A stretch of 64,000 nt of DNA from Chloracidobacterium sp. (GCA_025362075.1 JANYIL010000258.1:547-64546), one strand, 5' to 3'; shown: positions 26,685-36,866, counted from the first letter of the stretch. Numbers and translations: made by a program. Notes: generated by a model not told the origin, from the sequence alone.

Positions 26685-29600
26685 ATGAAGAAAAACGTCG
26701 CCATCATTTTTCTGGCTAACGCCTTTACCCTGGTATCCGGTCTGGTCACGGGTCTTTTGACCGCATGGGCACTCGGACCCGAGGGACGAGGTGATCTGGC
26801 CGTGGTGGTCCTCTATCCAAACATCGTGGCTCTCGCAGCCGGGCTCGGAATGGCGCAGGCGACGCGGTATTTTGTTGCCAACCGGCCACGGCAGACGTCA
26901 ATGCTTTTTTCAAATGCCCTCTGTTTTGCGGGCATCGTGGGTTTTGCCGCATTTTTGATCGCCGAGTTGGTTATCCCCAACCTGATAGGCACGCGGAGCG
27001 AAGCAGTAATATGGCTGGTCAAGGCGTATCTCATCAACATTCCGTTCGCTCTGCTGTATGACGTGATGATTGCCACCCTGGAGGGCGCGCGTCGATTCAG
27101 ATGGGCCGCGGTTTCGAAAATACTCTTTTTCGGTATCCAATCCGGCGCTTATCTCGTCCTATGGTTCACGGGCCATCTGACCGTCTATAGTGCCGCAGCG
27201 ACGATGGTCGTTGCACAACTTGCAAACACAACGACCGCGCTTATATGCGTTTTACTGGCCCTAAGACCTCGCTGGAGGCCCAGTCCTCGGGTCTTTAAAA
27301 GGACGCTCCGTTTTGGTTTGAAGTATTACGTAGGTGTCGTCACCTCTTTCACAACCCTGCGATTGGACCAGATGATGCTCGCCGGCATGGCGACAAGCGT
27401 GGAGCTGGGGCTTTATGTAATTGCCGTCCGGTTGTCAGAAGTAATGACCCTGCTGGCATCTTCAGTGAGTGACGTGCTCATGCCGGAGGTTGCGTCATCG
27501 AGCGGTTCCGATCGCTCGCTCAAAATCCTGACGCGGAGTCTGCGACAGACGATGTATGTCTACTTGATCCTCCTGCTGCCGCTTGTCGCTGCATCGCCGC
27601 TAGTCCTGAGCTATGGGTTTGGAAGCGATTTTATCGCTGCCGCACCTGCATTGCGTATTTTGCTGGTCGGATCAATGGTCTGGAGCGCGGCGGCGATCAT
27701 CAATAGCGGGCTGAACGGACTTGGTTATGCGGGGCTGACCACGATTTCCCGATTGAGCTCCGCGGTTATTACAGTGCTGACGCTGCTCGTTTGGCTGCCG
27801 AAATACGGCATCGTCGGAGCTGCCCTATCGTCGCTTGCGGGCTACAGCGCAATGTTCGTATTTGCATTATTTTGGCTTATTCGGAAAGAGAAACTTCGGT
27901 TTTCCGACATTTTCCGCCCACATCACGAAGATTTTGCTATGAAAAAATTGGTCTCATTTTTACGTCCATCGACCGATGTTGAACCGTTGTTTGTCGAGCA
28001 GTTGTTCGAGAATCAGGCCGCCGAAAACCCGGATCACATTGCCGTCGTTTCAAAGACCGGCCAGATCACCTACGGCGAACTGAACCGCAAGGCCAACCAG
28101 CTAGCCTGGTTTCTAAAGTCGCGGGGCGCCGGACCGGAAACCCTGGTTCCGATCACTGTAGACCGCTCGGCCGACATGGCGATCGGGATTCTCGGCATTC
28201 TCAAATCGGGCGCCGCGTTTGTTCCGATCGATCCGGGGTACCCGCAGGAGCGGATCGACTTCATGCTCGCGGATACAGAAGCTCCATTGATTGTGACACA
28301 AAAAGATCTTCTCGCGTCGTGTAGGACAGAGAGGATTTGCCTGGATGAAGACTGGCCCCAGATTAGCGAATTTCCCGAAGAAAACCCGCCATTGTCGGGG
28401 TCGGCAGAAGATCTGGCGTACGTGATCTACACATCCGGTTCCACCGGTAAGCCGAAGGGCGTGATGCTCACGAGGGGGAACCTGCGACATTATGTCCACG
28501 CTCTGCAAAGCGAATTTCGGTTAACGCGAGACGATACGTATCTGCATCTGGCGTCGATCGGGTTTTCGTCATCGAGACGGCATCTGCTGCTGCCGCTCGC
28601 CTTTGGAGCCAGCGTTGTCATCGCCGACGAATACGAGCGGCTGGACCCGTTGCCTCTCTTTGAGCTGATAAAAGGGCGGCATGTCACTGTCTTTGACGCG
28701 GTTCCTTCTTTCCAGCGGCATTGTCTAAACGCACTGCTCGAACTTGATACGCCCGTGAGGGACGCTTTAATCGACAACCTCCTTCGCCTGATCGTTTCAG
28801 CGAGCGAGCCGCTGTACTCCGACATTCCCCGCGCGTGGATGATCGAATTCAGGCATCCCGCCGAGCACATTCACATGATCGGGCAAACAGAAACCAGCGG
28901 GATAGTTTCTCTTGGCCGCCTGACCGAAGCCGATGTCACCGGCGATGTGCGAACGGCCCCGGTGGGCCTGCCCATTGCTAATACCGACATCGTGCTACTG
29001 GGAGACGATTCTAAACCTGTCGCTGACGGGGAACGCGGAGAAATCTACGTGAGCGGGGCCGGCGTCGGCCGTGGCTATCTCCGCCATCCGGAACTGACCG
29101 CCGAGAAATTCGTCGAACTTTCGATCGATGACGGACCCGTCGTCAGATATTGTAGAACCGGAGATCATGCCAAAAGGATGCCGGACGGCAGATTCGAGTG
29201 CCTCGGGCGCAGTGATTTTCAGATAAAGATCCGCGGGAACCGGGTCGAGCTAAGCGAGATCGAAGTTCTATTTCTCGGCCATCGTCAGGTACGTGAATGT
29301 GCTGTGATCGGTCGTAAAGATGAGCCGGGCGAGGTGCGGCTGGTCGCATACGTCGTTCCCGTGGGGAATGAAACGCTTCTCCCGGATGACCTGCGCGGTC
29401 TCGCGGAAACTTCACTACCCGATTACATGCAGCCTGCGGTCTTCGTTTTATTGGACAAGATGCCGCTCACGCCAAACGGTAAAGTAGATCGAAAGGCACT
29501 CCCGGCTCCGGATCAAGCCGTGCGGACGACCCCATTGGCCAGCCATGAGGCCGGGACGCCGCTGCCAGCAGCTATCGAGGCGATCTGGTGCGAGATACTC

Positions 29601-32600
29601 GGCGTTTCCGAGGTCCGCGCCGGAGACAGCTTCTTCGCTTTGGGCGGTCACTCGCTGATGGCTGCCCGCATGATTGCCCGGGTCAGGGCTTTTTCTGGCG
29701 GTCAACTTCCGATCCGGGCGATCTTCGATATGCCAACCTTCGAGAGTTTTTGTCGCGTCGTGGAGCAAACGGCGGTTTCGGGCGTTGCGGAACCACGACG
29801 CGTTTTCCCCGAGCGTCCCTCGCGAATTCCTCTTTCATTCGCCCAGCAGCGGGTGTGGTTTCTCGGTGAACTTGACCTCGGCTTAACGGCCTACAACGAG
29901 TGCGAGATACTAAAACTCAACGGTGAACTCGATCCCAACGCACTCCAGACGGCGTTAAGTCAGATGGTAAGCCGTCACGAGATGCTTCGAACATGTTTTC
30001 GGACTGAGAACGGCGAACCGTATCAAGTGGTTATTGAAGACACGAATGTCGTTCTCGAAAGAGTCGATCTAACCGACCGTACCAAAGGACAAGATGCGGC
30101 CCTGCAGATCGCTCGCGAGCGGGCAGAAAAACCTTTTGATCTGACTCAATGCCCGTTGTTCCGGGCCACGCTCGCAAAAACGGCCGAGTACGAACATTTC
30201 CTCATTCTGGTCCTTCATCACACTGTAAGCGACCAGTGGACAGTCGGTGTATTGCTCAAAGAGCTCAACGCCTTTTACTCCGCCGAGGTCACTAGAAAAC
30301 CCGCTGCATTGCCGCCGCTGCCTATTCAATACGCGGACTATGCAGCCTGGCAGCAAAACTGGCTTTCAACGGATGACTATCAAGAGCAGTTAAGCTATTG
30401 GCAGGAAGAGTTAGACGGAGCTCCAAGTCTTCTCGAACTCACGGACAAGCCGAGACCGCCGGTCCAGAGATATGAAGGGTCTCAGGCAACAACATTTCTG
30501 AACGGCGATTCTCGTGACCAGATACGCATCTTTTGTGAGCGTGAAGGCGTTACCGTTTTCATGCTTTTGCTCGCTACGTGGGAACTCCTGCTGTACCGTT
30601 ACAGTGGCCAGGACCAGATCGTCGTCGGCACGCCAATCGCGGGTCGAACATGTCCGGAGACTGAGGATCTGATCGGGTTTTTTGTGAATACGCTCGCGAT
30701 GAGGGGCGATCTGTCGGGTAACCCGACCTTTCGTGAGCTGTTACACCGCACGAGGGAGCGGGCTTTGGGCGCATATGCAAATCAGGATCTGCCGCTCGAA
30801 AAGCTTGTCGAGGAAGTCAACCCGGAACGGAATCTGAGCTACACGCCTCTGTTCCAGGTTATGTTCACGCTCCAAAATACCCCGGGTTTCTCGGATACGA
30901 TAGGTAACCTCGCCGTCGAACGCATACGGCTAAAGAAAGAATCGGCAAAGTTCGACCTAAGCCTCGACGCCTTCGAATGCCCTAACGGCTTCGATCTCCA
31001 GCTTGAGTTCAACACCGACCTGTTTTCGCAGGAAACTGCCGACAGAATGCTGTTGCATCTAAAAACTCTGATCCGGTCGGTGCTCGCAGACCCGTCGCAG
31101 CAAATCAGCGAAGCCAAATTGCTTTCCGATGGCGAACTGACGCAGATCCTTGAGGATTGGAATTCCGCGACTTTGGATGTACCGGCTGTCTGTGTTCACG
31201 AGCTAATTGAGGCTCAGGCGGCTCAGTGGCCGCAGTCAACCGCTGTCGTCTGGAACGATCAGTGCATCACATACGGCGAGCTTGACCGGAGAGCCAATCA
31301 ACTAGCCCGCTATCTCCTAAAACAAGGAGTTGCGCCCGATCAGATCGTCGGCGTACACCTCCATAAGTCGATCGAGATGATCGTCGCGGTGCTCGCGGTC
31401 ATGAAGGCCGGTGGAGCCTACCTGCCCATGGACCTAAATTATCCGGCTGAGCGATTGCAGTACATGGTCTCAGAGGCCGGCGTGAAAGTGCTGGTAACGC
31501 AAGAGGCCCTCGGCGCGTCTGCCGCAGAACTGGATTGCAAAACCGTCGTCTTCGTCGACAGCGATGAGCAAGAGATCGGAGCCGAAAGTGTAGACAGGCC
31601 ACACTCGGATGTTACGCCGCAAAACCTGATCTATGTCACCTTCACGTCAGGTTCCACCGGCCGGGCAAAAGGAGTGATGATCGAACATCGGATGGTCGTC
31701 AATGCCGTCGCCGCGTGGGAAAAGGAATATGATCTGCCATCGCTCGCGAGCCATCTGCAAATGGCGAGCTTCTCATTTGATGTCTTCACCGGCGACCTGA
31801 CGCGGGCACTGTGCAGCGGCGCGAAACTCGTGTTATGCCCCGCAGAATCCCTGCTTGAACCGTCGCACCTCGAATCGCTGATCCGTGAACACAAGATCGA
31901 ATATGCCGAGTTCGTCCCCGCGGTTGTCCGGCCCCTCATAGAACATCTCGAAGGAACGGGCCGAACCCTCGACGATCTCAAGCTCGTCGTCGTCGGCTCG
32001 GATACGTGGCAGTCGGACGAATACCGGCGGCTGCAACGCATTTGCGGCGTGGATACGAGGGTCGTCAATTCGTACGGCATCACCGAGGCCACAATCGACA
32101 GTACGTTCTATGACATGCCGGAGACGGAACAGGCGGGTGCCGAGATCGTGCCTATCGGGCGCCCGTTCCCTAACACTCAGCTATACCTTCTGGATGCCTT
32201 CGGAAACCCGGTCCCCGTCGGCATGCCGGGAGAGTTATACCAGGGCGGGAATGCTTTGGCACGCGGCTACCTGAATCGGCCCGATTTGACGGCGGAAAAA
32301 TTTGTCGAGATCGAGCTACCGTTTCCCGGCGGCGCTTCCACGCGGAGGCTCTATCGTTCCGGCGACCTCGCCCGCTTTCGGAGCGACGGGACGATCGCGA
32401 TCATCGGACGGGCCGACAATCAAATAAAACTACGCGGATACAGGATCGAGTTAGGCGAGATCGAGTCTGCCCTGTCCAGGCACGCGGATGTGAATGAATG
32501 TGTTGTAACGCTCCGGGAGGACGTGCCGGGCGACAAGCGACTGGTCGCTTATCTCACAAGTCGGTCGGGTGAGCTTAAGACCGCCGAGTTGCGGGCATTC

Positions 32601-33134
32601 CTTAAAGCAGCCCTGCCGGAATACATGGTCCCGGCCGCTTACGTCCTGATGAGCGAATGGAAACTGACTCCAAACGGAAAGATCGACCGCAAACAGCTTC
32701 CCCAACCCGAGGTCACGGCGACCTCACCCGATTCTGCATATACGGCACCTCGCAACGAAGTAGAGGCGATGCTTGCGGACATTTGGGGTCAGCTTTTGCG
32801 GGTCGAACGTGTCGGTATCGACGACAACTTCTTTGAGCTTGGCGGCCATTCTTTGCTCGCTACTCAGGCGGTATCGCGAACCCGTGATGCAGTCGGCTAC
32901 GATCTTCCCTTACGGGCTATGTTCGAGACACCGACAATCGCCGAGATAGCTGATCGGCTGGGGAGCGAATTGGCCGAGTCGAATCGTGCGAAAGAATTCC
33001 CGTCGATCACCGAAGACCAGGACGAGATCGAACGTCTCTTAGCCGAATTGGAGGGCGTTACCGACGAGGAAGCCAACCGGCTTTTGATGGATCATGACGA
33101 TCAATACTCGTCCGCCGGTATCGGCAGCAAATGA
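26685..33134 (+). CDS. Fusion: Wzx-type (MOP superfamily) flippase domain + NRPS modules A-T-C-A-T
   Basis: A single open frame. Residues ~1-430 are a polytopic flippase-like domain. A1 is VIYTSGSTGKPKGVM (28422-28466), T1 is FFALGGHS (Ser 29652), C is HHTVSDQ (30216-30236), A2 is LIYVTFTSGSTGRAKGVM (~31629-31679) and T2 is FFELGGHS (Ser 32850). The acidic C-terminal tail is probably a docking region. Confidence 0.85.
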   Translation: MKKNVAIIFLANAFTLVSGLVTGLLTAWALGPEGRGDLAVVVLYPNIVALAAGLGMAQATRYFVANRPRQTSMLFSNALCFAGIVGFAAFLIAELVIPNLIGTRSEAVIWLVKAYLINIPFALLYDVMIATLEGARRFRWAAVSKILFFGIQSGAYLVLWFTGHLTVYSAAATMVVAQLANTTTALICVLLALRPRWRPSPRVFKRTLRFGLKYYVGVVTSFTTLRLDQMMLAGMATSVELGLYVIAVRLSEVMTLLASSVSDVLMPEVASSSGSDRSLKILTRSLRQTMYVYLILLLPLVAASPLVLSYGFGSDFIAAAPALRILLVGSMVWSAAAIINSGLNGLGYAGLTTISRLSSAVITVLTLLVWLPKYGIVGAALSSLAGYSAMFVFALFWLIRKEKLRFSDIFRPHHEDFAMKKLVSFLRPSTDVEPLFVEQLFENQAAENPDHIAVVSKTGQITYGELNRKANQLAWFLKSRGAGPETLVPITVDRSADMAIGILGILKSGAAFVPIDPGYPQERIDFMLADTEAPLIVTQKDLLASCRTERICLDEDWPQISEFPEENPPLSGSAEDLAYVIYTSGSTGKPKGVMLTRGNLRHYVHALQSEFRLTRDDTYLHLASIGFSSSRRHLLLPLAFGASVVIADEYERLDPLPLFELIKGRHVTVFDAVPSFQRHCLNALLELDTPVRDALIDNLLRLIVSASEPLYSDIPRAWMIEFRHPAEHIHMIGQTETSGIVSLGRLTEADVTGDVRTAPVGLPIANTDIVLLGDDSKPVADGERGEIYVSGAGVGRGYLRHPELTAEKFVELSIDDGPVVRYCRTGDHAKRMPDGRFECLGRSDFQIKIRGNRVELSEIEVLFLGHRQVRECAVIGRKDEPGEVRLVAYVVPVGNETLLPDDLRGLAETSLPDYMQPAVFVLLDKMPLTPNGKVDRKALPAPDQAVRTTPLASHEAGTPLPAAIEAIWCEILGVSEVRAGDSFFALGGHSLMAARMIARVRAFSGGQLPIRAIFDMPTFESFCRVVEQTAVSGVAEPRRVFPERPSRIPLSFAQQRVWFLGELDLGLTAYNECEILKLNGELDPNALQTALSQMVSRHEMLRTCFRTENGEPYQVVIEDTNVVLERVDLTDRTKGQDAALQIARERAEKPFDLTQCPLFRATLAKTAEYEHFLILVLHHTVSDQWTVGVLLKELNAFYSAEVTRKPAALPPLPIQYADYAAWQQNWLSTDDYQEQLSYWQEELDGAPSLLELTDKPRPPVQRYEGSQATTFLNGDSRDQIRIFCEREGVTVFMLLLATWELLLYRYSGQDQIVVGTPIAGRTCPETEDLIGFFVNTLAMRGDLSGNPTFRELLHRTRERALGAYANQDLPLEKLVEEVNPERNLSYTPLFQVMFTLQNTPGFSDTIGNLAVERIRLKKESAKFDLSLDAFECPNGFDLQLEFNTDLFSQETADRMLLHLKTLIRSVLADPSQQISEAKLLSDGELTQILEDWNSATLDVPAVCVHELIEAQAAQWPQSTAVVWNDQCITYGELDRRANQLARYLLKQGVAPDQIVGVHLHKSIEMIVAVLAVMKAGGAYLPMDLNYPAERLQYMVSEAGVKVLVTQEALGASAAELDCKTVVFVDSDEQEIGAESVDRPHSDVTPQNLIYVTFTSGSTGRAKGVMIEHRMVVNAVAAWEKEYDLPSLASHLQMASFSFDVFTGDLTRALCSGAKLVLCPAESLLEPSHLESLIREHKIEYAEFVPAVVRPLIEHLEGTGRTLDDLKLVVVGSDTWQSDEYRRLQRICGVDTRVVNSYGITEATIDSTFYDMPETEQAGAEIVPIGRPFPNTQLYLLDAFGNPVPVGMPGELYQGGNALARGYLNRPDLTAEKFVEIELPFPGGASTRRLYRSGDLARFRSDGTIAIIGRADNQIKLRGYRIELGEIESALSRHADVNECVVTLREDVPGDKRLVAYLTSRSGELKTAELRAFLKAALPEYMVPAAYVLMSEWKLTPNGKIDRKQLPQPEVTATSPDSAYTAPRNEVEAMLADIWGQLLRVERVGIDDNFFELGGHSLLATQAVSRTRDAVGYDLPLRAMFETPTIAEIADRLGSELAESNRAKEFPSITEDQDEIERLLAELEGVTDEEANRLLMDHDDQYSSAGIGSK

Positions 33135-33889
33135 TGGTGGCATCAGCTTTTAGAGATTCAGTCACCGAACTCCGTCCACAAGAGTGGCGGACCGCCGACC
33201 GATTCCCTGCCCTGCCGTCAGGAGAACTGCACGTCTGGTTGATGCATATCGACCGGTCACGGGAGCATCTGCTCGGATCCACCCTGTCGCCTGACGAGCT
33301 TGCGCGGGCCGCGCAATTCAGGTATCCGGAACATCGTGCGGAATTCGTCGTCTGTCGGGGGGCACTCCGGAGCCTTCTCGGTCATTATGTTGGCCTCGAT
33401 CCGGCTCGGGTGCAGATCTTCTACACTGACGATGGGAAGCCATTCCTCTGTCATCGCTCATCCAGTGTTAAATTCAACGTTTCCCATGCCGGGGAGTACG
33501 CTCTTTTCGCTTTCAGCCTCGGCCTGGACGTGGGCGTGGATATCGAACGGAGAGAGGCAGGAGGGATCGACGCTGGATTGCTTAGGCACTGCCTCCACGA
33601 CAACGAGCTGGAGACATACCATGCCCTTGCCGCGGATGAACAAGGCCCTTTCTTTTTCAAATGCTGGACCCGAAAAGAAGCGTACCTAAAGTTTCGCGGC
33701 GACGGTTTCGCGGTATCTCCGACGGCGATAGATCTGCAATCGATTCGGGGAAATGAATTGGGTCCGGGAGAAAGCCGGGCGTGGTTTAGTGATCTGCCAG
33801 AAATCGACGCCTACTCTGCAGTTATTGCGACTAAGGACCAACCCGAAAGCATCGCCTGTTACAAACTTGGCTCGAGCCCTTTTAAGTAA
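33131..33889 (+). CDS. Sfp-type 4'-phosphopantetheinyl transferase
   Basis: ATGA overlap with the NRPS stop. Motifs FNVSHAGEYALFAF, GVDIE and WTRKEAYLKFRG. Confidence 0.85.
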   Translation: MMVASAFRDSVTELRPQEWRTADRFPALPSGELHVWLMHIDRSREHLLGSTLSPDELARAAQFRYPEHRAEFVVCRGALRSLLGHYVGLDPARVQIFYTDDGKPFLCHRSSSVKFNVSHAGEYALFAFSLGLDVGVDIERREAGGIDAGLLRHCLHDNELETYHALAADEQGPFFFKCWTRKEAYLKFRGDGFAVSPTAIDLQSIRGNELGPGESRAWFSDLPEIDAYSAVIATKDQPESIACYKLGSSPFK

Positions 33890-35424
33890 GGCTTATGGCT
33901 TACGGTATTTTTTGCCGTGACAGGTAGTTCCAGGCTCCTCGCGCTGACCCAGCCGAGAAGGAGCCATCCGATAGGAGCTATCGAATATATCATGAACGAC
34001 GTGCCGAAAAAGTTGTTCAGGATCAGCGTCGCCACTAATGTCATCGCGATCCTTGAGTTGGTAAACTCTCTTGAGCCACGTTCAGCCTCTCGGCAGATTC
34101 GCATGCTGCTGCGCAAGGATCTCCAAAATATCCAGATAAACAATAGCGCGGCGGGAACCCCGGCTGAGGTAGCAAGCGTGAAAAAATGATTGTCTATCGG
34201 CCGCCGGTCATTCTCATCGCTGCGGGTGCCGGCAAGAGTGCTGTCACCCAGACCGGAGCCTAGCGGATTAGATGGGATAGTCTCTAACAGGACCTGGGAC
34301 CACGTCTCAAGCCTGACCCCGAGACTGGTTTCGTTTGCCGGGTCAAGTGTTCCTTTCGTCGTATGCGATAAAAGCGTGCTTACGCTTTCGCCGCTCTTGA
34401 GATCACTCTCATCGGGAGCAAATTGTGAGGAGGCGAACAGAAAAAACCCGCATGCAACTGCAAGAGCGGCCGTCCGGGCCATGGCGCTGCCCCATGACCG
34501 GGCACCGGCCATGAAAAATACGGTGAGCCCCAGAAACAGACCGAATATTGAAGTGCGTTGACCCGTAAGAGCTATCATTACCGCCAAAACGGTCGCACAT
34601 ACGCCCCAGACCGGGCGAAACTTACCCTCCGACCGCGAAACCGCAAGTCCCACGGCGATCAGGCAGCCAAGCTCGACATAGCGGCCCCATTCCTCGGCAT
34701 TGCTGAAAGTGGCGATGGCCCGCGTGACCTTGTACACGGCGATCGATTGATAGTGGTCGGTGTTGTCGATCCAATACTGTTCAAATGCCGGATATCCGGC
34801 GACCATCTGGTAAACGCCGTAGGCTGACGCGATAATACCGAGCACGACCACCGCTCTTAAAACGCGCGGAAAAAGATCACGCGAGGCATGCTGGCCAAAG
34901 TAGAACCACGCCATCGGCACAAGAATGAACAGTGCTCCACTGAGGCCGACAAAAAGGCCGCCTTGCAGCGGATTGAATACCTGAATTAAGCAGATCAGGG
35001 CGAGCAGTGACGTGGCTTTCGCCACGGGCGTAGCTACAAACATAGCTAACTTGTGCCTGTACAGGACGATCAGAAAAGCAAACAGGGCCGCCACCGGCGT
35101 TAGGAGGTGTATCGGTTCATTGCTGCTGTACGGTACGACGAGGTACTGCATTCGCCGCACGAGGCCGCGGAATGGCTCAAAGATGACCATTGCGAGCAAC
35201 CCGGCCTCGAGCGATGCTAGGAGCGGCATCAGGATCGCTAATAGAATTGACGTCAATCCGAACGCACGAAGGATTTGTCCACCCGACGACGCAGCCCATG
35301 CGGCTCCCGCGGCCATTACCTGCAGCAGAGCGACAAAAAGGTAAGACACCTTTAACCGTGGCAATCGTTTTGTAAGCGTTCTGTTGTGCAATTGATTGTT
35401 CAAGGCCTTTCGAAGATCGGTCAA
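33859..35424 (-). CDS. O-antigen ligase/polymerase (Wzy-like) family membrane protein
   Basis: About 11-12 TM helices. The central loop region ...ALTGQRTSIFGL... is typical of the Wzy_C family. The TTG start overlaps the upstream stop. The 3' end overlaps the convergent PPTase gene by 31 nt. Confidence 0.7.
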   Translation of the reverse strand: MTDLRKALNNQLHNRTLTKRLPRLKVSYLFVALLQVMAAGAAWAASSGGQILRAFGLTSILLAILMPLLASLEAGLLAMVIFEPFRGLVRRMQYLVVPYSSNEPIHLLTPVAALFAFLIVLYRHKLAMFVATPVAKATSLLALICLIQVFNPLQGGLFVGLSGALFILVPMAWFYFGQHASRDLFPRVLRAVVVLGIIASAYGVYQMVAGYPAFEQYWIDNTDHYQSIAVYKVTRAIATFSNAEEWGRYVELGCLIAVGLAVSRSEGKFRPVWGVCATVLAVMIALTGQRTSIFGLFLGLTVFFMAGARSWGSAMARTAALAVACGFFLFASSQFAPDESDLKSGESVSTLLSHTTKGTLDPANETSLGVRLETWSQVLLETIPSNPLGSGLGDSTLAGTRSDENDRRPIDNHFFTLATSAGVPAALLFIWIFWRSLRSSMRICREAERGSREFTNSRIAMTLVATLILNNFFGTSFMIYSIAPIGWLLLGWVSARSLELPVTAKNTVSHKPYLKGLEPSL

Positions 35425-36866
35425 ACGGCGCCGCGTGCGGCTATGACAGCCGGAAGGGTCTTCAACAGAATCAACCAGTCAAGCTGCAGCGACCAGGTAT
35501 CGATGTATTCCAAATCGAGTGCGACCCATTGCTCAAAGGAAAGATTGCTTCGGCCCGATATCTGCCAAAGGCACGTTAGACCCGGTTTTACGCTGAATCT
35601 GCGTTTTTGCCAACATTCCTCGAGTCTTACCGCGTCGCGTATGGACAAGGGCCGGGGACCGACGAGGCTCATGTCGCCGAGCAGTACATTGAGGAGCTGC
35701 GGTAGCTCGTCGATGCTGAATTTTCTGAGTATTCTGCCAACCCGCGTCACCCTGGGGTCGTCCTTGATCTTAAAGATGGGCCCCTCTTTTTCGTTCAAAT
35801 GCTCCATCTCCTCCATCCGGGCTTCGGCGTCGGTGGTCATTGTCCGGAACTTGATCATCTGGAAGCGACGCTTGTTATATCCCATGCGCTCCTGAACGAA
35901 GAAAACAGGCCCTATCGAGTCAAGCTTTATCAAAACGGCGATGATCGCGAACAGCGGAGTTCCCAGCCCGGTCAGAACCGCTGAGCCGACAAAGTCGATG
36001 ATCCTTTTTACCTCGGTTCGCCAGCAGAAAGGTGGTGTGCTCGTCAGCGACAACAGCGGCATGCCGTGAAAATCGTTTGTGCGTGTTTTGGCAAGATTCC
36101 GCGGGAAAAAATCCGAAAGGAGGTGAATCGCTATCCCCTGCTCCTCAAGCCGGTCGATGGCGACTTTTATCTGGTCGTATTGCGATTTAATGGGAAGGGC
36201 AATGGCAACATCGTCAATCACACGGTCATTGAGGATTGTCGTCAGCGCGTCAAAGCCTCCAAGCCACGGATAGCCCTCGATATCACGCCGAAAATTAGTA
36301 CCGCTATCAATAAAACCGATGATCTTGTACCCAAGCTCAGGCATCCCGCCAAACACCTCGATCAGATGTTCCGCACGCATGCCGCCGCCAATGACGAGCA
36401 TGGTCTTTGTGTTCATGCCGCGCCGACGCAGCAGGTGCGAAGTACGGTAAACGATTATCCTGAGACCACTAACAAAAGCGAGGCCGACGATGAAAAAAAG
36501 AACGACCGTGAAAAGGGTGATGGTCAGCCAGCCCCCGAGCTGGGCGGCGACCAGCAACGTCAGAGAGCATAGGCCAACGCCTTTGACCGCGGCTCCAATA
36601 ACGTCTTCGATCTTCCTCAAACGATATGAGTGATAGAGGCCGTACGCCTTGAAGCAGAAATGCCACGTGATAGCCAGCACTCCGCAGAGTATCGCGTTCG
36701 ACAATTTGACCCGCGTGACCATGAAATCGGTGGTGTAATCGGTCACGCTCGACTGGTCCCCGGGCGCATAGATTATTACGATCGCCGTCGCCAATGCCAG
36801 CAGCATCAGGACGAGATCCACGCAATTAAGAAATAGGAGTGACAATTGTCCCTGCCGAAAGTTCAT
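35421..36866 (-). CDS. Polyprenyl-phosphate glycosyl-phosphotransferase (EPS priming sugar transferase, WbaP/EpsB-like)
   Basis: N-terminal TM helices plus the C-terminal bacterial sugar-transferase domain GPVFFVQERMGYNKRRFQMIKFRTM...KDDPRVTRVGRILRKFSIDELPQLLNVLLGDMSLVGPRP. Confidence 0.9.
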   Translation of the reverse strand: MNFRQGQLSLLFLNCVDLVLMLLALATAIVIIYAPGDQSSVTDYTTDFMVTRVKLSNAILCGVLAITWHFCFKAYGLYHSYRLRKIEDVIGAAVKGVGLCSLTLLVAAQLGGWLTITLFTVVLFFIVGLAFVSGLRIIVYRTSHLLRRRGMNTKTMLVIGGGMRAEHLIEVFGGMPELGYKIIGFIDSGTNFRRDIEGYPWLGGFDALTTILNDRVIDDVAIALPIKSQYDQIKVAIDRLEEQGIAIHLLSDFFPRNLAKTRTNDFHGMPLLSLTSTPPFCWRTEVKRIIDFVGSAVLTGLGTPLFAIIAVLIKLDSIGPVFFVQERMGYNKRRFQMIKFRTMTTDAEARMEEMEHLNEKEGPIFKIKDDPRVTRVGRILRKFSIDELPQLLNVLLGDMSLVGPRPLSIRDAVRLEECWQKRRFSVKPGLTCLWQISGRSNLSFEQWVALDLEYIDTWSLQLDWLILLKTLPAVIAARGAV

